In this document: in pieces, positions 16,107 to 17,945 of the stretch
Position numbering within the stretch: the first letter of the stretch is position 1
Layout of the letters: every line of letters starts with the position of its first letter
Origin: Silvanigrellaceae bacterium
Lineage (GTDB): Bacteria; Bdellovibrionota_B; Oligoflexia; Silvanigrellales; Silvanigrellaceae
Length of the DNA: 17,945 bases
Assembly (NCBI GenBank): GCA_049423385.1
Contig: JBMSQQ010000068.1
Location: forward strand, 1-17,945
Direction: 5' to 3'
The notes under the pieces: generated by a model
Told to the model about the DNA's origin: nothing
Databases searched by the model: none
What the model saw: only the letters and a program-made list of their open reading frames with translations
Program-made: the position numbers and the translations under genes

Positions 16107-17405
16107 TTGAATCCGACCCTCTTTGACGAAAATCCGCACCTCGAATTGTTCGCCGAGCGTCTGCTGCGTGCCAGGGAAAATGGCACTCTTCTTCTGCAAG
16201 GCGGAGATGCAGGCTACTGTTCCGCACCCAGCAACATTGCCCTGCTCAAATACTGGGGCAAGCGAGCGGGTTGTCGGCAAATTCCGGCAAACTCGAGCAT
16301 CAGCATGACTCTCGGAGGGTTTCGCGCATTCACCGAGGTGAGTGTTGTCGGACGCTTTTTTCCGCTCAAGCAGGGGCGTCCGGATGAACCTTTTTCGCGT
16401 CCCGCATTTTCACTCGAATTGAATGGCATCGAACAGCCCATGCCTGCCAAAATGGAACAATTCCTCAGAAATATTTTGGCGGTTTACGCACCCGACATCG
16501 CGCTGCGTGTCAAGACTTTCAATAATTTTCCCTTGGCTTGTGGCGTGGCGTCCAGTGCAGCTGGCTATGCCGCATTGGTTGGCGCGGTGGCTGATGTTTT
16601 GAATCTGCGCCGTTTTTTGGACTGCGCTGAGCTCACATTGTGGATGAGCGAATGGTCGCGGCTGGGAAGCGGTTCTGCAACACGTTCTGCATTGGCCCCT
16701 GGATTTGGCCCCGGGGCCGTGAACAATCAGTTCGTTGCCTGGAATCTGCTTCACGACAAGTTTCTTGATTCTGCTGCAAGTCCATTGACTCAAACTCAGG
16801 TCTGTCAGCACGATTCTCGCTTGAATGATTTGCGGCACTGCGTGTTGGTTGTCGATGGCAAGGAGAAGCAGACCGGCAGCAGCGAAGGTCACGAGTTGGC
16901 ACAAACGAGTGTTCTGCAAAATATCCGATTGGCGCAATATCCATTGAGATTTGAACGGATGTGGACAGCGATTGCGGACGGCGATGTGCAGACGATTGCT
17001 GAGCTCAGCGAAATTGATGCGTTTGAAATGCACTCTGTGATGGGAACTGGTGCAGTGCCATTGAAATACATGAACAACGTGACTGCAACGGCAATCCGCA
17101 GGTGCATTGAACTGCGCGACCGCCAGTCAGAGAGGATTTTTTGGACACTGGATGCCGGGCCGAATCCCCATTTTGTCTTCGAGCGGACTGCATCCCAGGG
17201 ATTGGCAAGATTGTTCGAGCATCTTTCGAAAGACGAAGCATTTTCCTCGGCCAGGGTTCTGATTGGCAAGGACTCAAATCCCAACGGTATCCTGGTGGGT
17301 ACCGAGGAACTCTCGCGTCATGGATTTTTTCCATTTGCACCGCCGTTTGAAGACATTTTGATCAAGTGCACCCTTCAACAGGCGGCGGAGTTTTTGAGGT
17401 CATGA
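16107..17405 (+). CDS. mvaD: Diphosphomevalonate decarboxylase family protein
   Basis: APSNIALLKYWGK, NSSISMTL, NNFPLACGVASSA, SRLGSGSATRS, DAFEMH, TLDAGPNPH. TTG start at 16107 follows AAGGAG (16092-16097); 432 aa. Confidence 0.92.
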   Translation: MNPTLFDENPHLELFAERLLRARENGTLLLQGGDAGYCSAPSNIALLKYWGKRAGCRQIPANSSISMTLGGFRAFTEVSVVGRFFPLKQGRPDEPFSRPAFSLELNGIEQPMPAKMEQFLRNILAVYAPDIALRVKTFNNFPLACGVASSAAGYAALVGAVADVLNLRRFLDCAELTLWMSEWSRLGSGSATRSALAPGFGPGAVNNQFVAWNLLHDKFLDSAASPLTQTQVCQHDSRLNDLRHCVLVVDGKEKQTGSSEGHELAQTSVLQNIRLAQYPLRFERMWTAIADGDVQTIAELSEIDAFEMHSVMGTGAVPLKYMNNVTATAIRRCIELRDRQSERIFWTLDAGPNPHFVFERTASQGLARLFEHLSKDEAFSSARVLIGKDSNPNGILVGTEELSRHGFFPFAPPFEDILIKCTLQQAAEFLRS

Positions 17406-17945
17406 GCATCAGAACCGAGGGCACGGCAACCACCGATTCAACCCCGCTTCTTGCCAATCCCCAGACTCTGGGAATGGCCTGCGGCAAAGTGATTTTGGTG
17501 GGTGAACATTCTGCGGTCGATGGATTTCCTGCAATTGCTTTACCGCTCAAGTCGCAAACGCTGCAGGTTCGATTTGGTGAACCGATCGACTCAATAGCCG
17601 GTCCGCTCGCAACGAACGATAAAATTTACGATGTTTCACGCTGGAATGCTTGTTGGTCGCTTTCAATCGAGGGACGCGAAGTTTTGATCGACGAACAGGA
17701 GCGCGCACGGCTCACAAAATCATTGGCTCTTGCCTATGACTTGATGAGCGAACTCTTGCCTTCAGGACGTCGTTCAGAGTTGGAAAAATTTGCGCATTCC
17801 TGTTTTCCTTTGCAGCGAATTTATATTGAATCCAAGCTTCCGCTCGGTGCCGGGATGGGCGGTTCGGCTGCCTTGAGCGCCGCATTGATCCGTGCGTTGA
17901 ACGGAGCTCTGGGTTGTCGTCTTGCCAACGACTCGATTGCACGCC
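17402..17945 (+). CDS. mvaK1: Mevalonate kinase, 5' part (runs off the window; not in the ORF track)
   Basis: Manual translation from ATG 17402 (ATGA overlap with mvaD): MSIRTEG...ACGKVILVGEHSAVDGFPAIALP...IESKLPLGAGMGGSAALSAALIRAL, with no stop before the window end. Confidence 0.92.
   Translation, partial: MSIRTEGTATTDSTPLLANPQTLGMACGKVILVGEHSAVDGFPAIALPLKSQTLQVRFGEPIDSIAGPLATNDKIYDVSRWNACWSLSIEGREVLIDEQERARLTKSLALAYDLMSELLPSGRRSELEKFAHSCFPLQRIYIESKLPLGAGMGGSAALSAALIRALNGALGCRLANDSIAR

Noticed and set aside
1..17945. CRISPR arrays, tRNA/rRNA genes, transposases, phage or defence genes
   Set aside because: Intergenic gaps are all under about 200 bp, with no repeat-spacer arrays, cloverleaf motifs or mobile-element protein signatures seen by eye.

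Overview
A gene-dense bacterial chromosomal region with no mobile elements, CRISPR arrays or RNA genes that I can support. In order: the 5' end of rpmF (L32, minus strand, not in the ORF track); an orphan GspC-like PDZ protein (minus); a translationally coupled alr-queA-tgt operon; a ~990-aa single-pass membrane protein with a disordered N-terminus and a helical-repeat-like C-terminus; a cluster of small hypothetical genes with a stand-alone GlmU-type hexapeptide acyltransferase; a coupled two-gene hypothetical pair; a 507-aa lipoprotein; and a mevalonate operon (fni-mvaA-mvaK2-mvaD-mvaK1, the last running off the window). Gene content suggests a Bdellovibrionota/Oligoflexia-like or myxobacteria-like organism (inference only). 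The most notable signals are three sigma28 (FliA)-like promoters with identical spacing in front of uncharacterised genes, the coupled pair carrying an EExxH...ExxA zincin-like motif, repeated acidic-K-T-hydrophobic motifs in the large membrane protein, and non-canonical residues or insertions in Alr, QueA, Tgt, HMG-CoA reductase and MvaD.
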